From a virus, in the UHGV virus genome UHGV-0210093: a stretch of 54,052 nucleotides of DNA. One strand, given 5' to 3'. Below are positions 10,082 to 20,327 of the stretch, in pieces. The position numbers and the translations under genes are program-made. The notes under the pieces were generated by a model. It saw only the letters and a list, made by a program, of their open reading frames with translations, searched no databases and was not told the origin of the DNA. Numbering within the stretch: position 1 is the stretch's first letter; the number at the start of each line of letters is the position of its first letter.

Positions 10082-10465
10082 ATGGCACAGAACTATTTAA
10101 AATTCGGCTCATTCACACCACCAGATGTGGATGAGGACGGATATCAAATTTCATTCGCTACTACCTCTACAGAAAACTCAGGAAGAACCATGAGGGGAAA
10201 TATGAAAAACTCCCCTCTCTTCACAATAGAAGCTTATGAGCTGAAATGGAGTGACATTAAGGTAAGTGACGCAAGCAAAATTCTCAAAGAGGTTATGGGA
10301 AAGAGCGGATTTGACTTTTTCCACCTTAACATTTATGAGGATAAATGGGAAACCAAAAGGTTTTATGCAGCAAACTTTAATGCTCCATGTGTAAGTTTAG
10401 TAGAAGGCGAAGAGAAACTGGATGAGCTGAGTTTTCAAGTAACATCGGAAAATCCAGTGTTATAG
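10082..10465 (+). CDS. small tail component (distal-tail-like)
   Basis: GGAGGTAG RBS. 127 aa between the tape measure gene and the giant tail gene. Confidence 0.35.
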   Translation: MAQNYLKFGSFTPPDVDEDGYQISFATTSTENSGRTMRGNMKNSPLFTIEAYELKWSDIKVSDASKILKEVMGKSGFDFFHLNIYEDKWETKRFYAANFNAPCVSLVEGEEKLDELSFQVTSENPVL

Positions 10466-10523
10466 ATTTCACCGGATATCGTTAGAGATATTCGCTGACC
10501 TTAAATAGTTAGAGGTAGAATTA

Positions 10524-13500
10524 ATGAAGAATGTAAGCAACGAATTCAAAAACATCATAAAGTCAGGCGGTCCGTTCTATGCTTACGCATCGATTACACT
10601 GAAAAACGGTGAGAAACTATATCTTGATTCGGATAACGATTTCTTCATAAGCGGTAATGGATACGCAGAAGACGGAGGAGATGGATTCCCACTGGGATCC
10701 GCTCTCTCCAAGTCCGTTACGCTTGTCATTGATAACATCGATGAGAGATTTTCCAAGTATGATTTTTACTATGCACAGATTTCACTCTTCACTGAAGCTG
10801 ACATCGAAAGTAGAAGCTATGATGCATGGAGAGATGTGAAAGGTGAGGAAATTCTCGATGTCAATGGCAACACGATTATGCTGACGAAATCAAGAATCGA
10901 GAGATTGAACGAGGGTACATTTACAGTACTTGAGCCAACAGCGGTTGGAGATACGATAGAACTTGTAGGTTATGATTCAATGTACAAAGCAGATGCAGAC
11001 TTCACGTCTAAGCTATCTTATCCAACAACAGCTGGGCAGCTTCTAAGAGAAGCGTGTAGTACATGTAACATCATGCTTGGAAGTCCGAAGTTTAACAATG
11101 ACGATTTCGTGATTGAACAGGCTCCGGAAAAAGTGACTTGCCGAGAAGTAATCGGATATATAGCAATGCTTTCCGTTGGTAATGCTGTGATTCAGAACGG
11201 AACACTTGTTATTAAGAGTTACGACTTTTCTGCAATATCGAAGATTACAAATAGGGATGACTTAGTGGAAGATGCTGGCTATAGCATTTTGATGGACTAT
11301 CAGTCAGATCCGGACATTAGCACAGATCCTGTTGTAATCACTGGAATTGCGACCACAAAGAAAGTAGAAAACGAGAGTACAATCTTAATAAGAGGTACAG
11401 ATGATTATGCACTTGAAATCACGAATCCTCTTATTGAAGGACATGAAGATGATGCAATCAATCTGATTGGAGATGTATTGATCGGAGTTAAGCTGAGAGG
11501 TTTTAGTGGAGAATTCTTCCCTGATCCAACGATCGAATTCATGGATCTGGCTTGCGTGGTAGATAGGAAAGACAAAGTTTATCCAACATTTATCACATCC
11601 CATGAGTTCAGCTATCTCGGAAGCAGTTCGTTCTCTTGCGGAATCAAAGATCCGGAACGTCAAAAGAGTACTTATTACAGCGAAGCTAAAAAGGTATATG
11701 AAAAAGCTAATAAGGAAATCAAGCAGAATAAGACGGACTTTGAAGCAGCTGTCGAGAATCTGAATAAGACGCTTGAGAATGCATCTGGAATGTATTCGAC
11801 AGAATCACCACAGCCGGACGGAAGTATGATTACATACATCCATGATAAGCCGACAGTAGAAGAGTCCAAGAATGTAATCAAAGTTACATCTGAAGCCATT
11901 GGTATATCAAATGATGGCGGTAAGACATATCCTTACGGCTTATTCCTTACCGGTGATCTGATAACAAGAATCTTGTATGCTATCGGCATAAATGCTGATT
12001 ATATCAATTCTGGTTCTCTTACCGTAAAAGATAAGAATGGAAACATTACTTTCTACGCTGACACAGAGACAGGGCGAGTAACTATCAATGCAGAGTCCAT
12101 AAGCATCACAGGAAAGTCTGTAGAAGATATCTCAAACGGAATCGTAGATGATTTTGTCACAAATATCTATAAGAATGACATTGATGAGATTAAAGAGTCT
12201 GTCCGGAATAAGATAGAGACATGGTATCAAGATAGTGATCCGTCTGTAAACTGGAAAGACAAGTCCGAACATGAAGGTGACCTGTGGAAGGACACAAGAG
12301 ATAACAAAGAGTATATCTATCGTTCCGGCAAATGGGAAGAAATGAATGTGCCGGATGAAGTGTTTGACGAGATTGACAGCAAAGCTCAAATCTTCATCAA
12401 TGAGCCGACAACTCCTTATAAGTTGGGAGACTTGTGGTTTGAGTCTGAAACAAAAGAGTTGCTTACTTGTATCAAGAGCAGAGCAACAGGCTCATGCGTA
12501 AAGGCAGACTGGGAGAAACGTACCAAGTATACGGACGATTCCACAGTGAACACATTTATCACAAAGATTTACGAATCGGACATTGATGATATCCGGAATC
12601 AAATCGACCAAAAGATTGAAACTTGGTATCAGAGTACAGATCCATCCGTAAACTGGGGTGGAACTGTTGAAATGGCATGGTGCGATGTCAATGGCGAATC
12701 AATCCTTGACGTAAACGGAAATGAAATCATCTTGCTATACGAAGAGTCTAAGGCTGAACATGAAGGAGACTTGTGGAAAGACCTGTCTACGAACGATGAG
12801 TATATTTATCGTGGCGGTCAGTGGATGAAGATGCAAGTGCCGGACGAAGTCTTTGACGAGATTGATGGCAAGGCACAGATATTCATTAACACTCCTGTTC
12901 CGCCGTATCGTGTTGGTGACTTATGGTTTGATGCAGATACACAGGAGCTTCTCACTTGCGTGGAAAGCAGAGATAAAGGAAGCTGTGTAAAGTCCGACTG
13001 GCAGAAGAAAACCAAGTACACTGACGATAGCGGACTGAATACCTTCATTTCTGCGGTATACGATCCGAAGATTGCGGAATTACAGAGTCAGATTGATGGA
13101 CAGATTGAAACATGGTTCTATGACCACGAACCTAGCTTACAGAACGAACCGGCTGTGAATTGGACAACCAACGAGCAGAGAAAAGACCACGAAGGTGATC
13201 TCTTCTTCTGGAAGTCCACTGGATATTCCTACCGATTCTTACAGGACGGAGCGGTTTGGAAGTGGCAGATCGTACAGGATACAGATATTTCAAAAGCACT
13301 TGCAGCTGCGGAGAAAGCACAGGATACAGCAGATCATAAGCGTAGAGTCTTTGTAGTGACTCCACAGCCACCTTACGACATAGGTGACCTTTGGGTACAG
13401 GGTGATGATGGTGACATCATGCGTTGCTGTGTTGCAAGAAGTGAATCGGCTTCTTTCTCGGCATCAGACTGGGAAAAGGCATCAAAGTACACGGACGATA

Positions 13501-15962
13501 CAAGAGCCAATGAGGTACAGAAAGAGCTGGAAACAGTCAATAAGGACTTGCAGAATCAGATTGATGGCAAGATTGAGACATACAATCAATCTGCTGATCC
13601 GGCAGCTTCATGGACAACAGCTGAACTGAAAGCAAAGCATACTGGCGACTTATGGTACAACTCAAAAACCGAAGAAACAATGCGTTGGAACGGTTCAGCG
13701 TGGTCAAAGTTAAGTGATGCGGATGCGAAAGCTGCAAAGAACCTTGCTGTCACAAAGAAACGTGTATTCAGCGTAACTCCTTATCCACCTTATGATACAG
13801 ATGATTTATGGGTGCAAGGTACAAACGGTGACTTGATGCGATGCGTGACCTCATGTCAGAGCGGAGAGTATGTCGCATCTGATTGGGTCAAGGCTACCAA
13901 GTACACAGACGATTCCGCAATCAATAACTTTGTTAAGAATACTTATGCTGCCGACCTTGAGAATATCAAGAATCAGATTGATCAGAAGATAGAAACTTGG
14001 TTCCAACCTACTGACCCGTCACTTAATTGGACTGGAAAAGAAACACAGCCTCTTTGCGATATAAACGGGAATGACATCTTAGATGTTAGTGGAAAAAATA
14101 TCACAATCACTGTGGAAACCGAAAAAGCAACTCATGAGGGTGACTTGTGGAAGAATTCCAAAACTGGTGATGAATACATCTACAGAAGCGGAAATTGGGA
14201 AAAAATGCCAGTTCCAGACTCTGTATTCGATGAGATTGACGGTAAAGCGCAGATTTTCTCAACACAGCCAAAGCCACCGTATAGCGTGGATGATTTGTAT
14301 TTCACTGGAAATGATATCCTTGTCTGCCTAAAGGACAGAGAAACTGGTGAGTATGTAGCAAGTGATTGGCAGAAGAAAGATAATTATACAGACGATTCTA
14401 CAGTAACGGACTTCATCGAAAACATTTATGATCCGAAAATTGAAGATATCCAAAATCAGATTGATGGAAAGATTGATACGTACTATTGCGATTATGAGCC
14501 TGCGAATTCAAACCATCCAGCATCTGAGTGGACTACAGCTTACGAAAGACAGAAGCATGTTGGTGACCTCTTCTTTTGGAAGAACAAAGGTTTCACTTAC
14601 CGCTATATGAAAGTCGATACATCTTATCAGTGGGTGAGAGTGAAAGATGCAGACATCGTATCTGCGATGGAAACAGCATCAAAGGCTCAAGATACCGCAG
14701 ACGGTAAGAGAAGAAACTTTATTACAACTCCTGTGCCACCTTACGATGTTGGAGATTTGTGGACACAAGGAAACGACGGTGACTTGATGCGATGCCGAAC
14801 CGCAAGAACTAGTGGTAACTTTGTTTCTTCTGATTGGGTAAAGGCTACAAAGTATACTGATGATTCTGCGGTCGATAAGCTAAATAAATCTCTGACTTCC
14901 GAAGAAGTGTTTAACAGACTTACTGATAACGGGAAGAAACAAGGGATATATATGCAAGGCGATCAGTTGTATATCAACTTCTCTTATGGCAAGGGCGGTA
15001 CACTTACATTGGGAGGTGTAAACAATGAAAATGGCTCAATACAGATACTAGATGCCATAGGAGCGGAAGTTGGTAAATGGGATAAAGATGGACTGAACAT
15101 CCAAAAAGGCTCGATTTATGGAAGCACGATATATTTAGATAAAGAAAAAGCGTATGCGCTCATCGTTGGCCGCAACAATTCGAAAGAAATATTCACTATC
15201 GGAAGCATGGGGATGCATATTGATAATACTAATATGGGACTTCTCGCATCAGACAGTATGGTTGTTGACCTTATGGGCGGTTGGTTTCATGGTTTGAGAA
15301 TGAAAGCATCTAATAATGGAAGGGGATACGGTTCTTCAATTTCCCCGGAATGCTTCTCTATTGGATGGGCTGAGGATTTACAAGGATGGTCTGATGCAAT
15401 GTCAACAGTAAAATCGTACACATTTAGCATTAGCGAGAACTCAACAGGTTGCCTTTCAATTAGAATTAATGGAAGTAGTTATATTAATGATTATGTAGAT
15501 ATAAGCCCAAGAGAAATAAAAACAACTGGAACTAAAAACCGTGTTGTTCCAACAGAGAATTATTCGAACAGACTTCAATATTGCTACGAAACAGCTTCGC
15601 CAATGTTTGGAGACATCGGTGAAGGAATTACTGATGAGAACGGTGAATGTATCGTTGAAATCGGAGATATCTTCACGGAAACTGTAACAACACGCATTGA
15701 GTACCAGGTATTCTTGCAGAAAGAAGGGAAAGGAGATTTGTGGATTGAAAAGAAGGAAGAGAATTACTTCATTGTGCACGGAACTCCGAATCTGAAATTT
15801 GCATGGGAACTGAAAGCAAAACAGAAAGATTACGAATATGTAAATCTTGAGGAAGATGTTGACAGGGAAGAAAAATTACCTGAAAGCCCTGAGAACATAT
15901 TAAACGCGGAACTAGAAACCTTGATTAAGGAACAGGAGGAACTTTTAAATGAAACAGCTTAG
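10524..15962 (+). CDS. giant tail / receptor-binding-region protein: Tal-like (tail-tip) N-terminal part plus about 8 tandem ~120-aa repeats
   Basis: 1812 aa. The N-terminal ~370 aa resemble prophage tail endopeptidase-type proteins. The central part repeats a module with the pattern IETW..DPS.NW..HEGDLWK..YIYR.G.W..M.VPD.VFDEIDGKAQIF..P.PPY..GDLW..C...DW.K.TKYTDDS. Confidence 0.7.
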   Translation: MKNVSNEFKNIIKSGGPFYAYASITLKNGEKLYLDSDNDFFISGNGYAEDGGDGFPLGSALSKSVTLVIDNIDERFSKYDFYYAQISLFTEADIESRSYDAWRDVKGEEILDVNGNTIMLTKSRIERLNEGTFTVLEPTAVGDTIELVGYDSMYKADADFTSKLSYPTTAGQLLREACSTCNIMLGSPKFNNDDFVIEQAPEKVTCREVIGYIAMLSVGNAVIQNGTLVIKSYDFSAISKITNRDDLVEDAGYSILMDYQSDPDISTDPVVITGIATTKKVENESTILIRGTDDYALEITNPLIEGHEDDAINLIGDVLIGVKLRGFSGEFFPDPTIEFMDLACVVDRKDKVYPTFITSHEFSYLGSSSFSCGIKDPERQKSTYYSEAKKVYEKANKEIKQNKTDFEAAVENLNKTLENASGMYSTESPQPDGSMITYIHDKPTVEESKNVIKVTSEAIGISNDGGKTYPYGLFLTGDLITRILYAIGINADYINSGSLTVKDKNGNITFYADTETGRVTINAESISITGKSVEDISNGIVDDFVTNIYKNDIDEIKESVRNKIETWYQDSDPSVNWKDKSEHEGDLWKDTRDNKEYIYRSGKWEEMNVPDEVFDEIDSKAQIFINEPTTPYKLGDLWFESETKELLTCIKSRATGSCVKADWEKRTKYTDDSTVNTFITKIYESDIDDIRNQIDQKIETWYQSTDPSVNWGGTVEMAWCDVNGESILDVNGNEIILLYEESKAEHEGDLWKDLSTNDEYIYRGGQWMKMQVPDEVFDEIDGKAQIFINTPVPPYRVGDLWFDADTQELLTCVESRDKGSCVKSDWQKKTKYTDDSGLNTFISAVYDPKIAELQSQIDGQIETWFYDHEPSLQNEPAVNWTTNEQRKDHEGDLFFWKSTGYSYRFLQDGAVWKWQIVQDTDISKALAAAEKAQDTADHKRRVFVVTPQPPYDIGDLWVQGDDGDIMRCCVARSESASFSASDWEKASKYTDDTRANEVQKELETVNKDLQNQIDGKIETYNQSADPAASWTTAELKAKHTGDLWYNSKTEETMRWNGSAWSKLSDADAKAAKNLAVTKKRVFSVTPYPPYDTDDLWVQGTNGDLMRCVTSCQSGEYVASDWVKATKYTDDSAINNFVKNTYAADLENIKNQIDQKIETWFQPTDPSLNWTGKETQPLCDINGNDILDVSGKNITITVETEKATHEGDLWKNSKTGDEYIYRSGNWEKMPVPDSVFDEIDGKAQIFSTQPKPPYSVDDLYFTGNDILVCLKDRETGEYVASDWQKKDNYTDDSTVTDFIENIYDPKIEDIQNQIDGKIDTYYCDYEPANSNHPASEWTTAYERQKHVGDLFFWKNKGFTYRYMKVDTSYQWVRVKDADIVSAMETASKAQDTADGKRRNFITTPVPPYDVGDLWTQGNDGDLMRCRTARTSGNFVSSDWVKATKYTDDSAVDKLNKSLTSEEVFNRLTDNGKKQGIYMQGDQLYINFSYGKGGTLTLGGVNNENGSIQILDAIGAEVGKWDKDGLNIQKGSIYGSTIYLDKEKAYALIVGRNNSKEIFTIGSMGMHIDNTNMGLLASDSMVVDLMGGWFHGLRMKASNNGRGYGSSISPECFSIGWAEDLQGWSDAMSTVKSYTFSISENSTGCLSIRINGSSYINDYVDISPREIKTTGTKNRVVPTENYSNRLQYCYETASPMFGDIGEGITDENGECIVEIGDIFTETVTTRIEYQVFLQKEGKGDLWIEKKEENYFIVHGTPNLKFAWELKAKQKDYEYVNLEEDVDREEKLPESPENILNAELETLIKEQEELLNETA

Positions 15963-16149
15963 TGGTTTTTCAATTTTAAATGTAAATGGAATGGACAGAG
16001 CTACATTTACTTATGACGAGATTGACGAGAGTGGAAATCTTGTATCGCACAACAATAAGAAATCGTTCTATATCGTTGATGCTGAACTCAAAACTCATGT
16101 AGATGCGATTAGAAAATTTATCACAGTAAACAAGGTTGACGAGGCGTAA
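15949..16149 (+). CDS. hypothetical protein (66 aa) overlapping the giant tail gene stop
   Basis: ATG overlaps the TAG stop of the giant tail gene, suggesting translational coupling. Confidence 0.3.
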   Translation: MKQLSGFSILNVNGMDRATFTYDEIDESGNLVSHNNKKSFYIVDAELKTHVDAIRKFITVNKVDEA

Positions 16150-16206
16150 GGGCATGAATAATGCTCTTACCCTTTTAATAAATGATTCAATAAAGGAGAA
16201 TTAATC

Positions 16207-16701
16207 ATGGAATGGACAAAGTACACAACTAAAGAAGCACTGAAAGACAATGATGAGTTAATGATTCTCGACAAGGATGCAAATGCAAACAAGCGTACAC
16301 TGATGGACAAGGTATGGGATTATGTTGTCGATAAGATGACTACGGCAGTTATCGCAAAGTTAGGAACAACTAACAAGACTTTGATTGGGGCAGTTAATGA
16401 ATTAAATAGCAACCGCTTTAAAATTAGAAGCTACATTATAGATAATACAACTGCATTTAAAATTACAAAAGTCGTAAAATGGAAAAATTCAAATGACCAT
16501 ATGGTAGCTTTACTACTTGCCGATGTTAATCGTTATGCCGACATATACATAATTGGAAGGTTATCAGGAGTAAATATACTGTCAAAAACATCTAATGTTG
16601 ATACACCACAAATTGATAGTTCTTCAAGTACATTAACAGTTACACTTGGAGCCTGGAGTTCAGCACTTCTGATTTGTTTTGAATCCGTAACGATAAGTTA
16701 A
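16207..16701 (+). CDS. expressed copy of the shufflon-like variable tail/adhesin gene: constant N-terminus (~65 aa) + in-frame repeat encoding LNSN + current variable cassette V0
   Basis: Strong AAAGGAGA RBS. The gene reads through repeat L0 (16402-16413) in the same frame (xNSN) that every silent cassette uses. It stops on a TAA created inside repeat L1. Confidence 0.6.
   Translation: MEWTKYTTKEALKDNDELMILDKDANANKRTLMDKVWDYVVDKMTTAVIAKLGTTNKTLIGAVNELNSNRFKIRSYIIDNTTAFKITKVVKWKNSNDHMVALLLADVNRYADIYIIGRLSGVNILSKTSNVDTPQIDSSSSTLTVTLGAWSSALLICFESVTIS
16402..16413 (+). repeat. shufflon repeat L0 (TTAAATAGCAAC), inside the expressed gene
   Basis: Matches the 12-bp family consensus ATAAAATAGCAA; translated as LNSN. 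Confidence 0.6.
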
Positions 16702-16709
16702 ATAGCAAT
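16698..16709 (+). repeat. shufflon repeat L1 (TTAAATAGCAAT)
   Basis: Supplies the TAA stop of the expressed gene. The next cassette begins in frame through it. Confidence 0.6.
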
Positions 16710-16942
16710 CTTGGAAAGAAGAATACCATTGACGTTGGTGAAGTGTATTTGAATGAAAACGGTTATTGTCTCCTTACGGATAGATTTCCAGAACTATCAA
16801 ATGCGAATCTTATAACCATTGCTTACTACGAGACAATTGAACCAACGGCAGCCATATCAGTATATTGCTCATCTTATAATGCCTATATATTTGGCTCAAA
16901 AAACACGCATATAACTGGGTTAAAAATAATTTATTGGAAATG

Positions 16943-16954
16943 ATAAAATAGCAA
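16943..16954 (+). repeat. shufflon repeat L2 (ATAAAATAGCAA)
   Basis: Exact consensus. Identical to the reverse complement of R2 and R7. Confidence 0.6.
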
Positions 16955-17240
16955 TAAACAAAATGCTGCTATGTTAGTTGAAAACACTTCTAATCTTTGT
17001 GAATATATGCTTTCAAACTGTAGAAGAACTGGCATATGTTTTTATGCGATACCAAGCACAGTAAAAGTAGAAAATGGTTCTCCTGACGGAAATGGTGGTT
17101 TTGGAATTGCATGCAAAAGTACATCTGAAGATTATGGTATGCTTATTGTTTTTTCATATGGTAAAGCTGTGTATATGAAAATTAAATCAATAACATGGGA
17201 TAATTGGAAGAAAGTAAAATTTATCGAATGATTATTCTAT

Positions 17241-17252
17241 ATAAAATAGTTT
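17241..17252 (+). repeat. degenerate terminal repeat L3 (ATAAAATAGTTT)
   Basis: 9 of 12 positions match; ends the plus-strand cassette run. Confidence 0.35.
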
Positions 17253-17429
17253 CTAATATGTTTCGTCTTTTGTATTTTTCAAACATACACTCCCTATTTC
17301 ATCACCATCACACATTTTCCGAAAACATCATTTTTGCATATCTGAAAACACAGACTTCTCATAAAAAATGGTATAGCAAACAAGCCATCGAGAAATGGCT
17401 TTAAAAAATCAATATTGAATCAAGTCAGC

Positions 17430-18440
17430 TTACGCTATATATCGTCTGAAAGATGCTTTTACATTAGATTCACTTACAGTGACGTACATCATGGTTGTAT
17501 CCGGCTTTTGGTGTCCGGCATAAGCCTGAATCTCTTGTAGCGGTATTCCTCTACTTCCAGCATCCGTGAGTAGGGTTCTTCGGAACTTATGCGGATGCGC
17601 ATGAATATCTGTTTTTTTACCAAGTTTCGACAGCATTGACCATATAGCTTCCTTTCCCATCCGGTTGTGTGGCTTTCGGTTCGATACAAACAACGCCGGG
17701 TTCATATCATCCCTTGACATAAGGTACTTCTTGAGATGATATGCGCATTCATCCGTCAGATACACTTTCCTCTCTTTCTTTCCCTTTTCTCCGTAAATGA
17801 TTACTTCCTTGTTTCCCCAATCAATATCACTGCGGTTGAGTGCTACAACTTCACCGATACGTGCTGCTGTGGAGTACAGGAACTCCATAATTGCCACATC
17901 TCTCTGACTCTTAGCATTGCAACGTAGATGCTCCCTCTCTGCGGAGGTAAACGGCTTTTTGATGCGCTGTGGCACTTTCATGTGCTTGATGCGTCTCATT
18001 GGATTTTTGCTTATGAATCCCTCGTCAGAGAGCCATCCAAAGAATGATGAAAAGTATCTTCTAAGTGTGTCCATGTACGAGATAGACACTTTCCTTGTCT
18101 CTTGATACATGGCAAGGTAGTAGCGGATATCGTTTGTGGTTATGTCCTCAAATCTCTTGTTGAGATAGTTGACTAGCTTGGTTACACAGTCCACATAGCG
18201 GTCAATCGTACCTTGTGAGCAGTTCTCCAAGCGTTTACTTGCAATGAACAATTTGAGAATCTTATCCCAGTGAGATTGACTTGTTACCAATGAGGTACAT
18301 TCCTCTTGAAGTTTGACTCCGTGGAACGAGATATACAACACATTCTCCAATTTGTGCATCTGTTCCTCGGTCAGTTCCTCTTGCATCATGTTTACAACAT
18401 TTTTGATTATCATGTTAATGTCTTTTTCCATAAAAAACAC
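17430..18440 (-). CDS. tyrosine recombinase (XerD/Rci-like), candidate shufflon invertase
   Basis: 336 aa with catalytic-looking residues: ARIGE (Arg), HPHKFRRT (HxxR), GHQKPDTTMMYV (His and Tyr). It sits between the oppositely oriented repeat arrays. Confidence 0.8.
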   Translation of the reverse strand: MFFMEKDINMIIKNVVNMMQEELTEEQMHKLENVLYISFHGVKLQEECTSLVTSQSHWDKILKLFIASKRLENCSQGTIDRYVDCVTKLVNYLNKRFEDITTNDIRYYLAMYQETRKVSISYMDTLRRYFSSFFGWLSDEGFISKNPMRRIKHMKVPQRIKKPFTSAEREHLRCNAKSQRDVAIMEFLYSTAARIGEVVALNRSDIDWGNKEVIIYGEKGKKERKVYLTDECAYHLKKYLMSRDDMNPALFVSNRKPHNRMGKEAIWSMLSKLGKKTDIHAHPHKFRRTLLTDAGSRGIPLQEIQAYAGHQKPDTTMMYVTVSESNVKASFRRYIA

Positions 18441-18536
18441 CCCTTTCTAAGCCAATTATGACTCAAAAAGAGGTGAAATTAAATGCTTTATTTCGGTTCA
18501 TGAAATAGGGAGTGTATATGGTTAAAAATCACGCTT

Positions 18537-18548
18537 TTGTTATTTTAT
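18537..18548 (-). repeat. degenerate repeat R-1 (TTGTTATTTTAT)
   Basis: One mismatch to consensus; next to the recombinase promoter region. Confidence 0.35.
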
Positions 18549-18809
18549 GATACGGTTGCAATCCAAGAAATGTTTGGTTTTGCACCTGATGTGGTACAAG
18601 CGTTTGAAAGCTTTATTGTAAAGCCATTTTTTGTTACAGAAGCGTAATCTACAAACGCAGTCAAATCACCATATGTAGTAATGCTTGAGCCACTTTTCAA
18701 AGTACACACGACTGTCGGTATGGTATTGAATGGCTTTTTAAAAACGACATCCACTGCTTGCGTACTGTTTGCTGCAATTCCTACAGCTCCAGTTGTACCA
18801 GATTGTGTC

Positions 18810-18821
18810 TTGCTATTTAAT
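18810..18821 (-). repeat. shufflon repeat R0 (TTGCTATTTAAT)
   Basis: 12-bp family member in inverted orientation relative to the L repeats. Confidence 0.55.
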
Positions 18822-19145
18822 GACTATTGTAGTTGTCTAGGCAATCCACCGATTTTAAGCACTGTTAATTTTACATAACAACTTGATTCACTTGATGGAA
18901 CATCTACGCTATATGTTCCGTTGCCATTGGCAACCGAAAATGACAGCAGCTTGTTTGTTGATGTACTCCATAATTCGTGTCTTGTATCGACATTATCACT
19001 CACATTTGCAAACGTAGTTTTTTGTCCAATTTTCACTGGAGCATGAATTATACAATATGGTTCGTAACTTATAATACTCCCATTACTGTTAATATATTTA
19101 CTGTTTTCAATTTTAAGTGGTATTGCGAATTTCAAAACCAAACTC

Positions 19146-19157
19146 TTGCTATTTTAT
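19146..19157 (-). repeat. shufflon repeat R1 (TTGCTATTTTAT)
   Basis: Exact consensus. Confidence 0.6.
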
Positions 19158-19440
19158 TAGAAACGCATTTATATCGTGTACATCTTTTTGCTGTATTGTA
19201 ACATCGCATGTTAGTACTTTCTCAGACACAATATATTTGAAATTCGATGCGTTACTAGCATTAGCAGAAATTAAATTTGCGGAATACGTACTTCCATATC
19301 CAATTAAAACACATGCATAAACAGAACTTGATACTGCAAATGTCAAACAAATAATACCGAATTCTGTATTATCGATAGAAAATTGTGCAGATAATTTATT
19401 GTTTTCAATTGTTATATTGACTGGTATCTGCTTAAATTTA

Positions 19441-19452
19441 TTGCTATTTTAT
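19441..19452 (-). repeat. shufflon repeat R2 (TTGCTATTTTAT)
   Basis: Exact consensus. Confidence 0.6.
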
Positions 19453-19764
19453 ATAAAAATAATCATGCCAGTAGGCTTGACGTTGGCAATTGATTTCGTT
19501 GTTATTGTTACAATTAATTGTTTTCTTTCCCAAGAAAATGAAAACATATTATCTGAAAAAGTCTTATTTAACGAGAATGCAATATTCTTCTCGGATTTAT
19601 AAGCATGTCCAATGGCTGTTATGCAGTAATCATCTTGTATATGACCGCAAGCCATTATAACAATATAGTGTCTATCTGATTCGATTTTTGATAAATCTAT
19701 TTTTGTTTCACATTCACCATTCATTATGGCATCTATGTAATATCTGAAAATCGCCTTGTTTTGA

Positions 19765-19776
19765 TTGCTATTTAAT
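19765..19776 (-). repeat. shufflon repeat R3 (TTGCTATTTAAT)
   Basis: Its reverse complement is identical to L1 (TTAAATAGCAATC). Confidence 0.6.
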
Positions 19777-20017
19777 CTTTAGCGTTATAATTTTGAAAGT
19801 AAAAGCCCCTGTTGGACTGTTGTTTACAAAGCATAAAGACCAATTATTTGTTCCTTCTGTACCACTCACACCTCGTGAGATAGTGTATATCCATCCATTT
19901 CTATCTATTGATTGGATTGAAATAATCATGTATTCATCTGCATTCACACCTAAATCATACGTATCTTTTTCAGATTCGGCAGTGATAACTTTGTTAACAG
20001 ATTCGATTATAGGAATA

Positions 20018-20029
20018 TTGCTATTTTAT
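20018..20029 (-). repeat. shufflon repeat R4 (TTGCTATTTTAT)
   Basis: Exact consensus. Confidence 0.6.
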
Positions 20030-20314
20030 AACTCGGTAACACTACCATCATTAGTTATGAGAATGAACGATGACCATGCACGCATAGGCATACTTATCGT
20101 ATTACCACTTTTTGATGGTTGAGGAGAATCTGCATTTCCAATACTTATTTGTTTGATTCCAGAACTAGCACCTACGGCATATATGTTTGTATATCTATTT
20201 TGATCTACGATAAGTATTCCAGCAAAGTGACCACTAAATGTTAACCGTACAGTTTTTTCTTCACTATCAACAAAACCAGAATAATATCGCAGACCATTTG
20301 ATTGTAGTATCGTG

Positions 20315-20327
20315 TTGCTATTTTTAT
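20315..20327 (-). repeat. shufflon repeat R5 (TTGCTATTTTTAT, one extra T)
   Basis: Consensus with a 1-nt insertion. Confidence 0.5.

Larger units (their letters stand above)
16683..17231 (+). other. two silent plus-strand 3' cassettes (16683-16943 and 16947-17231) lacking RBS and start codon
   Basis: Each starts right after a stop, reads the preceding repeat as (L)NSN in the same frame, and ends at the next repeat. Confidence 0.5.

Noticed and set aside
11385-15779. Minus-strand and alternative-frame ORFs inside the 1812-aa tail gene
   Set aside because: They are shadow ORFs generated by the repetitive sequence.
17204-17404. 66-aa plus-strand ORF after the degenerate repeat L3, considered as a further cassette
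   Set aside because: The repeat is degenerate and the segment reads in a stop frame relative to it. It is probably the decayed end of the array plus the recombinase 3' flank.
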